Shown piece by piece: positions 51,505 through 62,992 of a DNA stretch of 64,000 nt. The translations under genes and the position numbers were made by a program. Numbering within the stretch: the first letter of the stretch is position 1; each line of letters begins with the position of its first letter. The notes under the pieces are model-generated. The model saw only the letters and a program-made list of their open reading frames with translations, was not told where the DNA came from and did no database searches. This DNA is from Escherichia coli (GTDB lineage Bacteria; Pseudomonadota; Gammaproteobacteria; Enterobacterales; Enterobacteriaceae): the NCBI RefSeq assembly GCF_030013595.1, contig NZ_CP122768.1; one strand, written 5' to 3'.

Positions 51505-52487
51505 CCCAACCCGTTCTGGACATTCAACAGCTGCATTTGAGTTTCCCCGGTTTTAACGGCGACGTTCACGCGCTCAACAATGTGTCATTGAAAATCAACC
51601 GCGGTGAAATTGTCGGTCTGGTGGGAGAATCCGGCTCGGGTAAATCAGTCACTGCAATGTTGATTATGCGTCTGTTACCGACGGGCAGTTATTGCGTACA
51701 TCGGGGACATATTTCACTGCTGGGAGAAGATGCTCTTAACGCTCGGGAAAAGCAGCTTCGTCAGTGGCGCGGCGCACGAGTGGCGATGATCTTTCAGGAA
51801 CCGATGACCACCCTTAATCCGACACGTCGAATAGGTCTTCAGATGATGGACGTGATCCGCCATCATCAACCAATAAGTCGTCGGGAAGCCAGAGCTAAAG
51901 CGATTGCCCTGCTGGAAGAGATGCAAATCCCGGATGCCGTGGAAGTTATGTCGCGCTATCCGTTTGAGCTTTCAGGTGGTATGCGCCAGCGGGTAATGAT
52001 TGCACTGGCATTCTCCTGCGAGCCGCAGTTGATTATTGCCGACGAACCGACTACGGCGCTGGACGTCACGGTACAGTTGCAGGTACTGCGTCTGCTTAAA
52101 CATAAAGCCCGCGCCAGTGGAACTGCGGTACTGTTCATCAGCCATGATATGGCCGTGGTGTCGCAACTGTGCGATAGCGTTTACGTGATGTATGCCGGAA
52201 GCGTGATTGAAAGCGGCGTGACGGCAGACGTTATCCATCATCCCCGGCATCCGTATACCATTGGTTTGCTGCAATGCGCACCGGAACATGGAATACCGCG
52301 CCAGCCATTACCCGCTATTCCGGGGACGGTACCAAACCTCACCCATTTGCCTGACGGCTGCGCTTTTCGCGATCGTTGCTATGCGGCAGGTGCACAGTGT
52401 GAAAACGTCCCGGCGCTGACAGCGTGTGGTGACAACAACCACCGCTGCGCCTGTTGGTATCCTCAGCAGGAGGTCATTAGTGTCTGA
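51501..52487 (+). CDS. ddpD: D-Ala-D-Ala ABC transporter ATP-binding protein
   Basis: 328 aa; Walker A GESGSGKS, signature LSGGMRQR. Confidence 0.9.
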   Translation: MTQPVLDIQQLHLSFPGFNGDVHALNNVSLKINRGEIVGLVGESGSGKSVTAMLIMRLLPTGSYCVHRGHISLLGEDALNAREKQLRQWRGARVAMIFQEPMTTLNPTRRIGLQMMDVIRHHQPISRREARAKAIALLEEMQIPDAVEVMSRYPFELSGGMRQRVMIALAFSCEPQLIIADEPTTALDVTVQLQVLRLLKHKARASGTAVLFISHDMAVVSQLCDSVYVMYAGSVIESGVTADVIHHPRHPYTIGLLQCAPEHGIPRQPLPAIPGTVPNLTHLPDGCAFRDRCYAAGAQCENVPALTACGDNNHRCACWYPQQEVISV

Positions 52488-53406
52488 CACGTTATTAACG
52501 TTACGCGACGTCCATATCAATTTCCCGGCCCGAAAAAACTGGCTTGGTAAAACTACGGAACATGTTCATGCCATCAATGGTATTGATTTACAGATCCGTC
52601 GTGGTGAAACCTTAGGGATCGTCGGTGAGTCAGGCTGCGGCAAAAGCACCCTCGCACAGCTTTTAATGGGTATGCTGCAACCGAGCCACGGGCAGTACAT
52701 CTGTTCAGGATCACAACGCATTATGCAGATGGTGTTTCAGGACCCGCTCTCTTCGCTTAATCCGCGCTTACCGGTGTGGCGCATCATCACGGAACCGCTC
52801 TGGATTGCTAAGCGTAGTAGTGAACAACAGCGGCGAGCGTTGGCAGAGGAGCTGGCTGTGCAGGTGGGTATTCGTCCGGAGTATCTCGACCGCTTGCCTC
52901 ATGCGTTCTCAGGCGGGCAGCGGCAACGTATCGCCATTGCCAGAGCACTCTCTTCGCAGCCTGACGTGATTGTGCTTGATGAACCAACCTCGGCGCTGGA
53001 TATCTCCGTGCAGGCGCAGATCCTCAATTTACTGGTAACGCTACAGGAAAATCGCGAGCTGACTTATGTGCTGATTTCACACAATGTCTCCGTGATACGT
53101 CATATGAGCGATCGGGTGGCGGTGATGTATCTCGGACAGATTGTGGAACTAGGAGACGCGCAACAGGTGCTGACAGCTCCGGCACATCCATACACCCGAT
53201 TATTGCTGGATTCCCTCCCCGCCATTGATAAACCGCTGGAGGAAGAATGGGCATTACGTAAAACGGATCTACCAGGAAACCGCACGTTGCCACAAGGCTG
53301 TTTTTTCCGCGAACGCTGCCCTCTGGCAACCCACGGATGTGAAGTCCGGCAATCATTAACAATAAGTGAGGACGGACGTGAGATCCGGTGCTGGCGGGCG
53401 CTGTAG
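52480..53406 (+). CDS. ddpF: D-Ala-D-Ala ABC transporter ATP-binding protein
   Basis: 308 aa from GTG (VSDTLLTLRD) overlapping the ddpD stop; Walker A GESGCGKS, signature FSGGQRQR. Confidence 0.9.
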   Translation: MSDTLLTLRDVHINFPARKNWLGKTTEHVHAINGIDLQIRRGETLGIVGESGCGKSTLAQLLMGMLQPSHGQYICSGSQRIMQMVFQDPLSSLNPRLPVWRIITEPLWIAKRSSEQQRRALAEELAVQVGIRPEYLDRLPHAFSGGQRQRIAIARALSSQPDVIVLDEPTSALDISVQAQILNLLVTLQENRELTYVLISHNVSVIRHMSDRVAVMYLGQIVELGDAQQVLTAPAHPYTRLLLDSLPAIDKPLEEEWALRKTDLPGNRTLPQGCFFRERCPLATHGCEVRQSLTISEDGREIRCWRAL

Positions 53407-53461
53407 AGACGCTAACAACGCATCAGGCAATCACGCGCCTGACGCGTCATCCGGCAACGCT

Positions 53462-53893
53462 TTACGATTTCAACTGGTAATCCAGCGTAATTTCCGCTTT
53501 CAGTACCTGTGAAACCGGACATCCTGCTTTTGCTTTCTGGATGATGCCGTCAAAGGTAGAGGCATCAATACCCGGCACCGCAACTTCGATCTTCAGTGCG
53601 ATTTTAGTAATCGCAAAACCGGCATCCACTTTATCCAGCGACACATCGGCGGTGGTATCAATCGATGTTGGCGTGAATCCCGCTTCCCCCAGCATTAATG
53701 AAAGCGCCATTGAGAAACATGCGGCATGCGCTGCGCCAATCAGTTCTTCAGGGTTGGTTCCTTTTTCGCCTTCAAAACGCGTGTTAAATCCATACGGCTG
53801 TTGGTTCAGCACGCCGCTCTCGGTGGATACTGTTCCCTTCCCGCGTTTGATATCGCCTTCCCAGTGTGCCTGACCTTTCTTATGGATTGTCAT
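53462..53893 (-). CDS. osmC: Osmotically inducible peroxiredoxin OsmC
   Basis: 143 aa; OsmC/Ohr family; convergent with ddpF as in K-12. Confidence 0.95.
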   Translation of the reverse strand: MTIHKKGQAHWEGDIKRGKGTVSTESGVLNQQPYGFNTRFEGEKGTNPEELIGAAHAACFSMALSLMLGEAGFTPTSIDTTADVSLDKVDAGFAITKIALKIEVAVPGIDASTFDGIIQKAKAGCPVSQVLKAEITLDYQLKS

Positions 53894-54237
53894 TGTTGCT
53901 CTCCTGTGGGCTTAAAAAGGAAATTATAGACTACGTGAGAAACAGCACGAGGATAAGCAGGATATTCCGAATAAAATCCGGCGAAAACATTATATCTGTA
54001 CTTAAATTAAATTCCCACAATAGATAACAGGAAATATATGACTCAAAAGATATTGTATCAATATTAATCGATTCACACCAATAACAATCCCTATCAATAT
54101 CATAGTGTTAAAATATAAAACTCATCAACCAGGACTAATCTTAACAACGAAGCGGCAAATATTTGCCATGCTGAATGTGCTTTATAAATCTGCGATCCGT
54201 AGCAGACGCCATAAATACACAGACACGGAGAATCACT

Positions 54238-54453
54238 ATGTTTACTTATTATCAGGCAGAAAATTCAACAGCAGAACCCGCTCTGGTTAATGCCATTGAG
54301 CAAGGCCTTCGGGCAGAGCACGGTGTTGTCACTGAAGATGACATTCTCATGGAGCTGACCAAATGGGTGGAAGCTTCTGATAACGACATCCTCAGTGATA
54401 TCTACCAGCAAACGATCAATTATGTGGTCAGTGGCCAGCACCCTACGCTTTAA
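54238..54453 (+). CDS. bdm: Biofilm-dependent modulation protein
   Basis: 71 aa from MFTYYQAENSTAEPALV; matches recalled K-12 Bdm. Confidence 0.9.
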   Translation: MFTYYQAENSTAEPALVNAIEQGLRAEHGVVTEDDILMELTKWVEASDNDILSDIYQQTINYVVSGQHPTL

Positions 54454-54554
54454 GGTGCTATGCTTGATCGGCAACCTAATTTAGGGGTTTAGCACGTGTT
54501 TCTTCGCTACGGCGATGTTGTCCTTAAAACTAGCAACAGGATTGAGGAGTTAAA

Positions 54555-54692
54555 ATGAAATCGAACCGTCAGGCACGTCATATTCTTGGACTGGACCATA
54601 AAATTTCTAACCAGCGCAAAATAGTTACCGAAGGTGACAAATCCAGCGTGGTAAATAACCCAACCGGCAGAAAACGCCCCGCTGAAAAGTAA
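54555..54692 (+). CDS. sra: Stationary-phase ribosome-associated protein Sra (RpsV)
   Basis: 45 aa [45 protein letters not shown]; below the 60-aa ORF track cut-off; GGAG RBS upstream. Confidence 0.9.
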
Positions 54693-54721
54693 TTCATAAC
54701 CATCAGTCCTCAATGACGATT

Positions 54722-54757
54722 AAACACCATTGCCTGCGCAATGGTGTTTTTGTTTTT
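54722..54757 (+). terminator. Rho-independent terminator after sra
   Basis: AAACACCATTG-cctgcg-CAATGGTGTTT followed by TTTGTTTTT. Confidence 0.7.
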
Positions 54758-54848
54758 ATCTGCTTTATACTTGGGGCCGACGCCCTGGCGGTAAAGCAAA
54801 GACGATAAAAGCGTGCCAGGGATGGATATTCAAAAAAGAGTGAGTGAC

Positions 54849-56546
54849 ATGGAACCAAAAACAAAAAAACAGCGTTCGCTTTATATTCCTTACGCTGGCC
54901 CTGTACTGCTGGAATTTCCGTTGTTGAATAAAGGCAGTGCCTTCAGCATGGAAGAACGCCGTAACTTCAACCTGCTGGGGTTACTGCCGGAAGTGGTCGA
55001 AACCATCGAAGAACAAGCGGAACGAGCATGGATCCAGTATCAGGGATTCAAAACCGAAATCGACAAACACATCTACCTGCGTAACATCCAGGACACCAAC
55101 GAAACCCTCTTCTACCGTCTGGTAAACAATCATCTTGATGAGATGATGCCTGTTATTTATACCCCAACCGTCGGCGCAGCCTGCGAGCGTTTTTCTGAGA
55201 TCTACCGCCGTTCACGCGGCGTGTTTATCTCTTACCAGAACCGCCACAATATGGACGATATTCTGCAAAACGTGCCGAACCATAATATTAAAGTGATTGT
55301 GGTGACTGACGGCGAACGTATTCTGGGGCTTGGTGACCAGGGCATCGGCGGGATGGGCATTCCGATCGGTAAACTGTCGCTCTATACCGCTTGTGGCGGC
55401 ATCAGCCCAGCGTATACCCTTCCGGTGGTGCTGGATGTCGGGACGAATAACCAACAGCTGCTTAACGATCCGCTGTATATGGGCTGGCGTAATCCGCGTA
55501 TCACTGACGACGAATACTATGAATTCGTTGATGAATTTATCCAGGCTGTGAAACAACGCTGGCCGGACGTACTGTTGCAGTTTGAAGACTTCGCACAAAA
55601 AAATGCGATGCCGTTACTTAACCGCTATCGCAATGAAATTTGTTCTTTTAACGATGACATTCAGGGCACCGCGGCGGTAACGGTCGGCACACTGATCGCA
55701 GCCAGCCGCGCGGCGGGTGGTCAGTTAAGCGAGAAAAAAATCGTCTTCCTTGGCGCAGGTTCAGCGGGATGCGGCATTGCCGAAATGATCATCGCCCAGA
55801 CCCAGCGCGAAGGATTAAGCGAGGAAGCGGCGCGGCAGAAAGTCTTTATGGTCGATCGCTTTGGCCTGCTGACGGACAAGATGCCGAACCTGCTGCCTTT
55901 CCAGACCAAACTGGTGCAGAAACGCGAAAACCTCAGTGACTGGGATACCGACAGCGATGTGCTGTCACTGCTGGATGTGGTGCGCAATGTAAAACCAGAT
56001 ATTCTGATTGGCGTCTCAGGACAGACCGGGCTGTTTACGGAAGAGATCATCCGTGAGATGCATAAACACTGTCCGCGTCCGATCGTGATGCCGCTGTCTA
56101 ACCCGACGTCACGCGTGGAAGCCACACCGCAGGACATTATCGCCTGGACCGAAGGTAACGCGCTGGTCGCCACTGGCAGTCCGTTTAACCCAGTGGTATG
56201 GAAAGATAAAATCTACCCTATCGCCCAGTGTAACAACGCCTTTATTTTCCCGGGCATCGGGCTGGGCGTTATTGCTTCCGGCGCGTCACGTATCACCGAT
56301 GAGATGCTGATGTCGGCAAGTGAAACGCTTGCTCAGTATTCGCCGCTGGTCCTGAACGGCGAAGGTCTGGTACTACCGGAACTGAAAGATATTCAGAAAG
56401 TCTCCCGCGCAATTGCCTTTGCGGTTGGCAAAATGGCGCAGCAGCAAGGCGTGGCTGTGAAAACGTCTGCCGAAGCTCTGCAACAGGCCATTGATGATAA
56501 TTTCTGGCACGCCGAATACCGCGACTACCGCCGTACCTCCATCTAA
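54849..56546 (+). CDS. maeA: NAD-dependent malic enzyme
   Basis: 565 aa from [18 protein letters not shown]; malic enzyme family; ORF track extends 12 codons upstream. Confidence 0.95.
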   Translation: MEPKTKKQRSLYIPYAGPVLLEFPLLNKGSAFSMEERRNFNLLGLLPEVVETIEEQAERAWIQYQGFKTEIDKHIYLRNIQDTNETLFYRLVNNHLDEMMPVIYTPTVGAACERFSEIYRRSRGVFISYQNRHNMDDILQNVPNHNIKVIVVTDGERILGLGDQGIGGMGIPIGKLSLYTACGGISPAYTLPVVLDVGTNNQQLLNDPLYMGWRNPRITDDEYYEFVDEFIQAVKQRWPDVLLQFEDFAQKNAMPLLNRYRNEICSFNDDIQGTAAVTVGTLIAASRAAGGQLSEKKIVFLGAGSAGCGIAEMIIAQTQREGLSEEAARQKVFMVDRFGLLTDKMPNLLPFQTKLVQKRENLSDWDTDSDVLSLLDVVRNVKPDILIGVSGQTGLFTEEIIREMHKHCPRPIVMPLSNPTSRVEATPQDIIAWTEGNALVATGSPFNPVVWKDKIYPIAQCNNAFIFPGIGLGVIASGASRITDEMLMSASETLAQYSPLVLNGEGLVLPELKDIQKVSRAIAFAVGKMAQQQGVAVKTSAEALQQAIDDNFWHAEYRDYRRTSI

Positions 56547-56679
56547 GCCTGCGCCCGGTGGTGAAAGCTGCCGGGCAATGTTCCTCTCCCTTTTTCAGAT
56601 CTCATCCATACTGGGTAGTGGCGAATAAATCTCATTTGCCTCACCTGCTATGCAGAACATCATCCGAAAAGGAGGAACT

Positions 56680-57690
56680 ATGAAGGCTGCGGTTGTTACG
56701 AAGGATCATCATGTTGACGTTACGGATAAAACACTGCGCTCACTGAAACATGGCGAAGCCCTGCTGAAAATGGAGTGTTGTGGTGTATGTCATACCGATC
56801 TTCATGTTAAGAATGGCGATTTTGGTGACAAAACCGGCGTAATTCTGGGCCATGAAGGCATCGGTGTGGTGGCAGAAGTTGGCCCAGGTGTCACCTCATT
56901 AAAACCAGGCGATCGTGCCAGCGTGGCGTGGTTTTACGAAGGATGCGGTCATTGCGAATACTGTAACAGTGGTAACGAAACGCTCTGCCGTTCAGTTAAA
57001 AATGCCGGATACAGCGTTGATGGCGGGATGGCGGAAGAGTGCATCGTGGTGGCGGATTACGCGGTAAAAGTGCCAGATGGCCTGGACTCGGCGGCGGCCA
57101 GCAGCATTACCTGTGCAGGGGTCACCACCTACAAAGCCGTTAAGCTGTCAAAAATTCGTCCAGGGCAGTGGATTGCTATCTACGGTCTTGGCGGTCTGGG
57201 TAACCTCGCCCTGCAATACGCGAAGAATGTCTTTAACGCGAAAGTGATCGCCATTGATGTCAATGATGAGCAGTTAAAACTGGCAACCGAAATGGGCGCT
57301 GATTTAGCGATTAACTCACGCACTGAAGACGCCGCCAAAATTGTGCAGGAAAAAACCGGTGGCGCTCACGCCGCGGTGGTGACAGCGGTAGCTAAAGCTG
57401 CGTTTAACTCGGCGGTTGATGCTGTACGAGCAGGCGGTCGTGTTGTGGCTGTCGGTCTGCCGCCGGAGTCTATGAGCCTGGACATCCCACGCCTTGTGCT
57501 GGATGGTATTGAAGTGGTCGGTTCGCTGGTCGGCACGCGCCAGGATCTCACCGAAGCCTTCCAGTTTGCCGCCGAAGGCAAAGTGGTACCGAAGGTCGCC
57601 CTGCGTCCGTTAGCGGACATCAACACCATCTTTACTGAGATGGAAGAAGGCAAAATCCGTGGCCGTATGGTGATTGATTTCCGCCGCTAA
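56680..57690 (+). CDS. adhP: Alcohol dehydrogenase, propanol-preferring
   Basis: 336 aa from [11 protein letters not shown]; zinc-ADH motifs (GHEGIG, CxxCxxC); K-12 synteny. Confidence 0.95.
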   Translation: MKAAVVTKDHHVDVTDKTLRSLKHGEALLKMECCGVCHTDLHVKNGDFGDKTGVILGHEGIGVVAEVGPGVTSLKPGDRASVAWFYEGCGHCEYCNSGNETLCRSVKNAGYSVDGGMAEECIVVADYAVKVPDGLDSAAASSITCAGVTTYKAVKLSKIRPGQWIAIYGLGGLGNLALQYAKNVFNAKVIAIDVNDEQLKLATEMGADLAINSRTEDAAKIVQEKTGGAHAAVVTAVAKAAFNSAVDAVRAGGRVVAVGLPPESMSLDIPRLVLDGIEVVGSLVGTRQDLTEAFQFAAEGKVVPKVALRPLADINTIFTEMEEGKIRGRMVIDFRR

Positions 57691-57835
57691 GAGGCCTTTG
57701 CTGCGACTGCCATGTTCGGGTCGCAGCATCGCACACTCTCCAACATGAAATGGCTAAATGGATTATTGTTGCGTAGGAAGGAACAATAATGATAGTGTTC
57801 CTGGTGAAGGAACGCTACTGAGAGTAAAGACACTA

Positions 57836-58120
57836 ATGAAAATGGCCAATCATCCCCGCCCGGGGGACATTATTCAGGAATCACTGGACGAACTTAATGT
57901 CAGCCTGCGCGAGTTTGCCAGAGCAATGGAAATTGCGCCCTCAACGGCAAGCCGATTGCTGACCGGAAAAGCAGCTTTGACACCAGAAATGGCGATTAAA
58001 CTTTCCGTGGTGATCGGCAGTTCGCCGCAAATGTGGCTGAATCTGCAAAACGCCTGGAGTCTGGCAGAGGCAGAAAAAACGGTGGATGTGTCGCGATTAC
58101 GCCGTCTGGTTACGCAATAA
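57836..58120 (+). CDS. yddM: HigA-like Xre-family antitoxin homologue YddM
   Basis: 94 aa from [14 protein letters not shown] region; no HigB-sized ORF fits in the 145 bp upstream. Confidence 0.85.
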
Positions 58121-58150
58121 AAAAATGGCGCTTCTTAAAGCGCCATTTTC
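58121..58150. terminator. Bidirectional rho-independent terminator between convergent yddM and fdnI
   Basis: AAAAA-TGGCGCTT-ctta-AAGCGCCA-TTTTC: stem flanked by an A-run and a T-run. Confidence 0.65.
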
Positions 58151-58170
58151 AGCTTAAAGTTCAAAAGAGA

Positions 58171-58824
58171 TTATATCCCTTCTTCACTCTCTTTTTTCGC
58201 TTCTGCCTTCTCGATTTCACGATACCAGCGCGGATGGTGTTTCTTCGCCCAGCGACGGCTCACCTTTCCTTCGATCATCCCTTTAATCGATCCTTTCACC
58301 CAGAATGCCATATACATATGGATCAGGATGGCGTGGATCAGGATGATACCCGCAGCCGCGTGGATCAGCAGGCTATAACGGACAACCTGTATCGGGAAGT
58401 ACTGCGCAAAGTACGGACGCCAGATAATCACCCCGGTCACCAGCAGCACGAAAATCATGCTCATGATCGACCAGAACATCATCTTTTGCCCGGCGTTGTA
58501 CTTACCAACATCCGCCACTTTGTGCTCATTGCCTTTTAATACTTCGACAATGTTCAACAGCCACGGAATATCTTTCTTATCCGGGATGTTGTGATGCACA
58601 AAACGCACAAACATAAACATCAGCGCGACGAAAATCGCAATGCCGAAGAACGGGTGCAAAATGCGCCCCATCTGCGGCGTACCGAAGGTTTGCGTCAGCC
58701 ATTGCAGCGTCGGGAAGAAGAACGAAATCCCGGACAGCGCCACCAGGAAGAAGCAAATCACCACGGTCCAGTGACAGGCGCGATCAATAAATTTGGTGCG
58801 CACAATCATTTTCGACTTACTCAT
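58171..58824 (-). CDS. fdnI: Formate dehydrogenase-N cytochrome b556 subunit
   Basis: 217 aa from [12 protein letters not shown]; 4 TM helices with haem-ligand His; overlaps fdnH by 8 nt. Confidence 0.95.
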   Translation of the reverse strand: MSKSKMIVRTKFIDRACHWTVVICFFLVALSGISFFFPTLQWLTQTFGTPQMGRILHPFFGIAIFVALMFMFVRFVHHNIPDKKDIPWLLNIVEVLKGNEHKVADVGKYNAGQKMMFWSIMSMIFVLLVTGVIIWRPYFAQYFPIQVVRYSLLIHAAAGIILIHAILIHMYMAFWVKGSIKGMIEGKVSRRWAKKHHPRWYREIEKAEAKKESEEGI

Positions 58825-59701
58825 GATGATCCTCCTCGTCATCGTCCACTTCCTTATTCGGGCCAATACCGATGTAGTGGAAAATCAACCCGGCAAAAGT
58901 GGCAATAAAGCCAGCCGCTGCCAGCGGTTTCAACGCGCCTTTCCACAGGCTTACCGAGGTGTCGATCTTCGGATCTTTCGGCAGACCGTGATACAGCTCC
59001 GGCTGATCGGCATGATGCAGCACGTACATGACATGCGTACCACCGACCCCTTCCGGGTTGTAGACGCCAGCATGTTCGTAACCACGCGCTTTCAGTTTCG
59101 CCACGCGCTGTTCCGCCAGCTCCAGCATCTCCTTCTTGGTACCGAAGTGGATAGCCCCGGTCGGACAGGTTTTCACACAAGCCGGTTCCTGGCCGACGCT
59201 GACGCGATCGACGCAGAGCGTGCATTTATATACCCGGTTATCCTCTTTGTTGAGGCGCGGAATATTAAACGGACACCCGGCAATGCAGTAACCACAGCCG
59301 ATGCAGTTTTCCGACTGGAAATCGACAATCCCGTTAGCGTACTGAATGATTGCACCAGCAGACGGGCACGCCTTCAGGCAGCCCGGAGCTTCACAGTGCA
59401 TACAGCCGTCTTTACGGATCAGCCACTCCAGCTTGCCGTTCTGTTCGGTTTCGCTAAAGCGCATCACCGTCCAGGACTTGGCGCTCAGATCGGCGGGGTT
59501 ATCGTAAACCCCGACGCAGTGCCCCACTTCATCACGGATGTCGTTCCACTCCGAACACGCCACCTGACAGGCTTTACAACCGATACAGGTGGAAACGTCG
59601 ATAAGTTTCGCGACTTCTGCTTTGTAATCACGCACCTGAGAAGGCGGCGTGATGGAGTTAGTTGCGGACCTTTTGATAATGTCCTGCGTTTCCATAGCCA
59701 T
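58817..59701 (-). CDS. fdnH: Formate dehydrogenase-N iron-sulfur subunit
   Basis: 294 aa; four CxxCxxCxxxC ferredoxin-type clusters; C-terminal TM anchor. Confidence 0.95.
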   Translation of the reverse strand: MAMETQDIIKRSATNSITPPSQVRDYKAEVAKLIDVSTCIGCKACQVACSEWNDIRDEVGHCVGVYDNPADLSAKSWTVMRFSETEQNGKLEWLIRKDGCMHCEAPGCLKACPSAGAIIQYANGIVDFQSENCIGCGYCIAGCPFNIPRLNKEDNRVYKCTLCVDRVSVGQEPACVKTCPTGAIHFGTKKEMLELAEQRVAKLKARGYEHAGVYNPEGVGGTHVMYVLHHADQPELYHGLPKDPKIDTSVSLWKGALKPLAAAGFIATFAGLIFHYIGIGPNKEVDDDEEDHHE

Positions 59702-59713
59702 CTGTTCGCCCCC

Positions 59714-62700
59714 TTACGCCTTCTCAATGTTGACTAAGAACGCTTTATATTCCGGCGTTTGCGAGTTTGCATCACCGACATTCGGCGTCAGAGTGTTAGC
59801 GATATAACCTTTACGCGCGACACCCTCAAAGCCCCAGTGGATTGGAATACCCACCGTTTCAACCTGCTGACCGTTTACATTCAGCGGCTTCAGACGGCGC
59901 GTTACCACAGCCACCGCGCGGATAAAGCCACGCTTGCTGGATACGGTGACACGGTCGCCATTGGCGATGCCTTTCGCCGCCGCCAGCGTTTCGCTGATTT
60001 CCACAAACTGTTCCGGCTGAGCAATGGCGTTGAGCAATGCATGCTTAGTCCAGGTGTGGAAGTGCTCGGTCAAACGATAGGTCGTACCCACATACGGGAA
60101 CTGCTCTTTTTTACCCATCCGCAGCGCGTCTTGTTCATACAGACGAACGACCGGGTTAGACACCACGTTCGGATGCAGCGGGTTAGTGCCCAGCGGCGTT
60201 TCAATTGGCTCGTAGTGTTCCGGGAACGGACCTTCCGCCATTTTGTTGATGGCAAACAGGCGTCCCATCCCTTCCGGCTGCATGATAAACGGTCCGGTTG
60301 GCGTACCTGGCGCGGCATTGCCGAAGTCAGGAATATCGTTACCCGTCCACTTGCTGCCGTTCCACTGGATCAGCATCCGTTTCGGATCCCACGGTTTACC
60401 GTTGATATCCGCCGAAGCACGGTTGTAGAGTACGCGACGGTTGAGCGGCCACGCCCAGGCCCATCCCAGCGTATTCCCCAGACCGGACGGGTCGGAGTTA
60501 TCGCGGTTAGCCATCTGGTTGCCCTGCTCTGTCCAGCTACCGGTGTAGATCCAGCAAGACGATGCGGTTGTACCGTCATCACGCAGATGCGCAAAGCTAC
60601 TCAGCAACTGACCTTTCTTCGCAATCAGCACGCCATTAGCATCATAGAGATCTTCCAGCGCATAGCCGTTATTCTCTTTCGCCACTTCGTCAGACTGCGG
60701 TTCGTGCGGCTGCTTGTAGTTCCAGCTCATCTTCATCAGCGGTTCTACGCCTTTACCACCTTCGGCCTGGTACAGCTCGCGCAGATGATGGTAGATACCC
60801 GCCAGAATTTCGCCGTCGTTACGCGCTTCGCCCGGCGCGTCCTGACCTTTCCAGTGCCACTGCAACCAGCGACCGGAGTTAGCAATAGAACCATCTTCTT
60901 CAGCAAAGCAGGTCGAAGGCAGACGGAATACTTCAGTCTGAATAGACGCCGGATCGACATCGTTCGACTCGCCGTGGTTCTGCCAGAAGGTAGAAGTTTC
61001 AGTCACCAGCGGATCGATTACCACCATGTACTTCAGCTTGCTCAGGCAGCTCACCACTTTGTTTTTGTCCGGGAAGGACGCAACCGGGTTAAAGCCCTGG
61101 CAGAAATAACCGGTGACTTTGCCTTCGTCCATCATGTTGAAATACTTGATGACGTCGTAGGTCTGGTCCCACTTCGGCAGCCAGTCGTAGCCCCAGTTGT
61201 TCTCTTTTTGCGCGGCATCGCCGTAGAAAGATTTCATCAGGCTAACGAAGAACTTCGGATAGTTGCTCCAGTAGTTCACCTGATCAGCCAGCGTCGCTTT
61301 CGGCGTATTCGCTTCCAGATACGACTGCAAATCAACCTGTTTTTCTGACGGCAGCGTCAGATAACCCGGCAGGCTGGTTGAGAGCAGACCTAAGTCGGTC
61401 AGGCCCTGAATGTTGGAGTGACCACGCAATGCGTTCACGCCGCCACCAGCCATACCCATGTTACCGAGCAGCAATTGGATCATCGCCATGGTGCGGATGT
61501 TCTGCGCACCCACGGTGTGCTGCGTCCAGCCCAGCGCGTACAGGAAGGTGGTAGTGCGATCCGGCGCGCTGGTGGAGGCCAGCACTTCACACACTTTCAG
61601 GAAGTCGGCTTTTGGCGTACCGCAGATGTTTTCAACGACGTCCGGCGTGTAGCGGGAAACGTGCTCTTTCAGCAAGTTCCACACACAGCGCGGATGAGTC
61701 AGTGTTTCATCGCGTTTCGCATAGCCGTTTTCATCGAACTGATAGTTCCAGGACGATTTATCGTACTGGCGTTTTTCAGCGTCATAACCGCTGAACAGGC
61801 CATCTTCGAAAGCAAAATCATCACGCACCAGCAGGCTGGCGTTGGTGTAATGCTTAACGTATTCGGCGTTGATTTTGTTGTTTTCGATCAGGTAGCGCAA
61901 AACGCCAGACAGGAACGTAATGTCCGTACCGGAACGAATAGGTGCGTAAATATCCGCCACAGAAGCGGTACGCGTAAAACGGGGATCGACAACGATCAAG
62001 GTTGCATCGTTGTTGTTTTTCGCTTCCATCGCCCAGCGGAAACCGACGGGATGCGCTTCCGCAGCGTTACCACCCATCACCATTACGACGTTAGCGTTTT
62101 TGATATCCACCCAGTGGTTGGTCATCGCACCGCGACCAAATGTTGGAGCAAGACTTGCTACCGTTGGTCCGTGTCAGACGCGCGCCTGGTTGTCTACCGC
62201 CAGCATCCCGAGGGAGCGGGCAAATTTTTGAGTCAGCATCCCGGTTTCGTTGCTGGCACCGGAGGCACACAGCATACCGGTAGAAAGCCAACGGTTTACC
62301 GTTACGCCCTGCTCGTTCTTTTCAATAAAGTTAGCGTCACGGTCAGCTTTCATCAGCTTCGCAATACGGGAGAATGCTTCTTCCCAGCTAATGCGCTGCC
62401 ATTTGTCAGAACCTGGCGCACGATATTCCGGGTAGCGCAGACGGTTTTCGCTGTTGACGTAATCCAGCAAACCGGCCCCTTTCGGGCACAGCGCACCACG
62501 GCTTACCGGATGATCCGGGTCACCTTCAATGTGATAAATCGCTTCTCTGGCGTTTTTCGCGCCATCACCCAGGCTATACATCAATAGCCCGCAACCTACG
62601 GAACAATATGTGCAGGTGTTACGGATCTCTTTAGCGCGTAATAATTTGTAGTTTCGCGCCTGAGCCAGTGCTTGCTTCGGGGCAAAGCCCAATGCCGCTA

Positions 62701-62761
62701 CCGTTGTTCCAGCCATACCGCCCGCGCAGATTTTAAAAAATTGTCTGCGACTGACGTCCAT
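59714..62761 (-). CDS. fdnG: Formate dehydrogenase-N catalytic selenoprotein subunit (Sec codon read-through)
   Basis: Two ORFs (62174-62761 and 59714-62125) in the same frame joined by an in-frame TGA at 62174-62176; Tat signal (SRRQFFK); joined product ~1015 aa matches recalled FdnG (…DNQARV-U-HGPTVASLAPTFGRGAMTNHW…). Confidence 0.95.
62128..62176 (-). other. Selenocysteine UGA codon (62174-62176) with downstream SECIS-type hairpin region
   Basis: In-frame TGA followed on the mRNA by CACGGACCAACGGUAGCAAGUCUUGCUCC…, which can form a stem-loop immediately 3' of the UGA as expected for a bacterial SECIS. Confidence 0.8.
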
Positions 62762-62992
62762 TGCTTTCCTCTTTTTTCAGGGGTATTACTGCGCGAGGAA
62801 ACTAACAGTAAAATTCTGAATCTTTTTGCGCGAAATCAAAAAGAACACGTGTTTGCCACAAAATAATCCGCCTGCGCAAATTGACCTACCTCAATAGCGG
62901 TAGAAAAACGCACCACTGCCTGACAGGCCAGTTAAAAAAATGCTATAAAATTCAGCTTAATTTTTAACGGCAAGAGAGACAAAACAGCGAGC

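Noticed and set aside
53407-53461. REP-like palindromic element between convergent ddpF and osmC
   Set aside because: Only partial resemblance to REP consensus (GCCTGACGCG…CATCCGGCAA); could not be confirmed without alignment, so not reported as a feature.
59759-62587. Long plus-strand ORFs (529 aa at 59759-61348 and 389 aa at 61418-62587) antisense to fdnG; similarly 58793-59737 antisense to fdnH
   Set aside because: They lie entirely within well-supported genes on the opposite strand, have Arg/His-rich low-complexity composition typical of antisense frames of GC-rich genes, and carry no recognisable domains.
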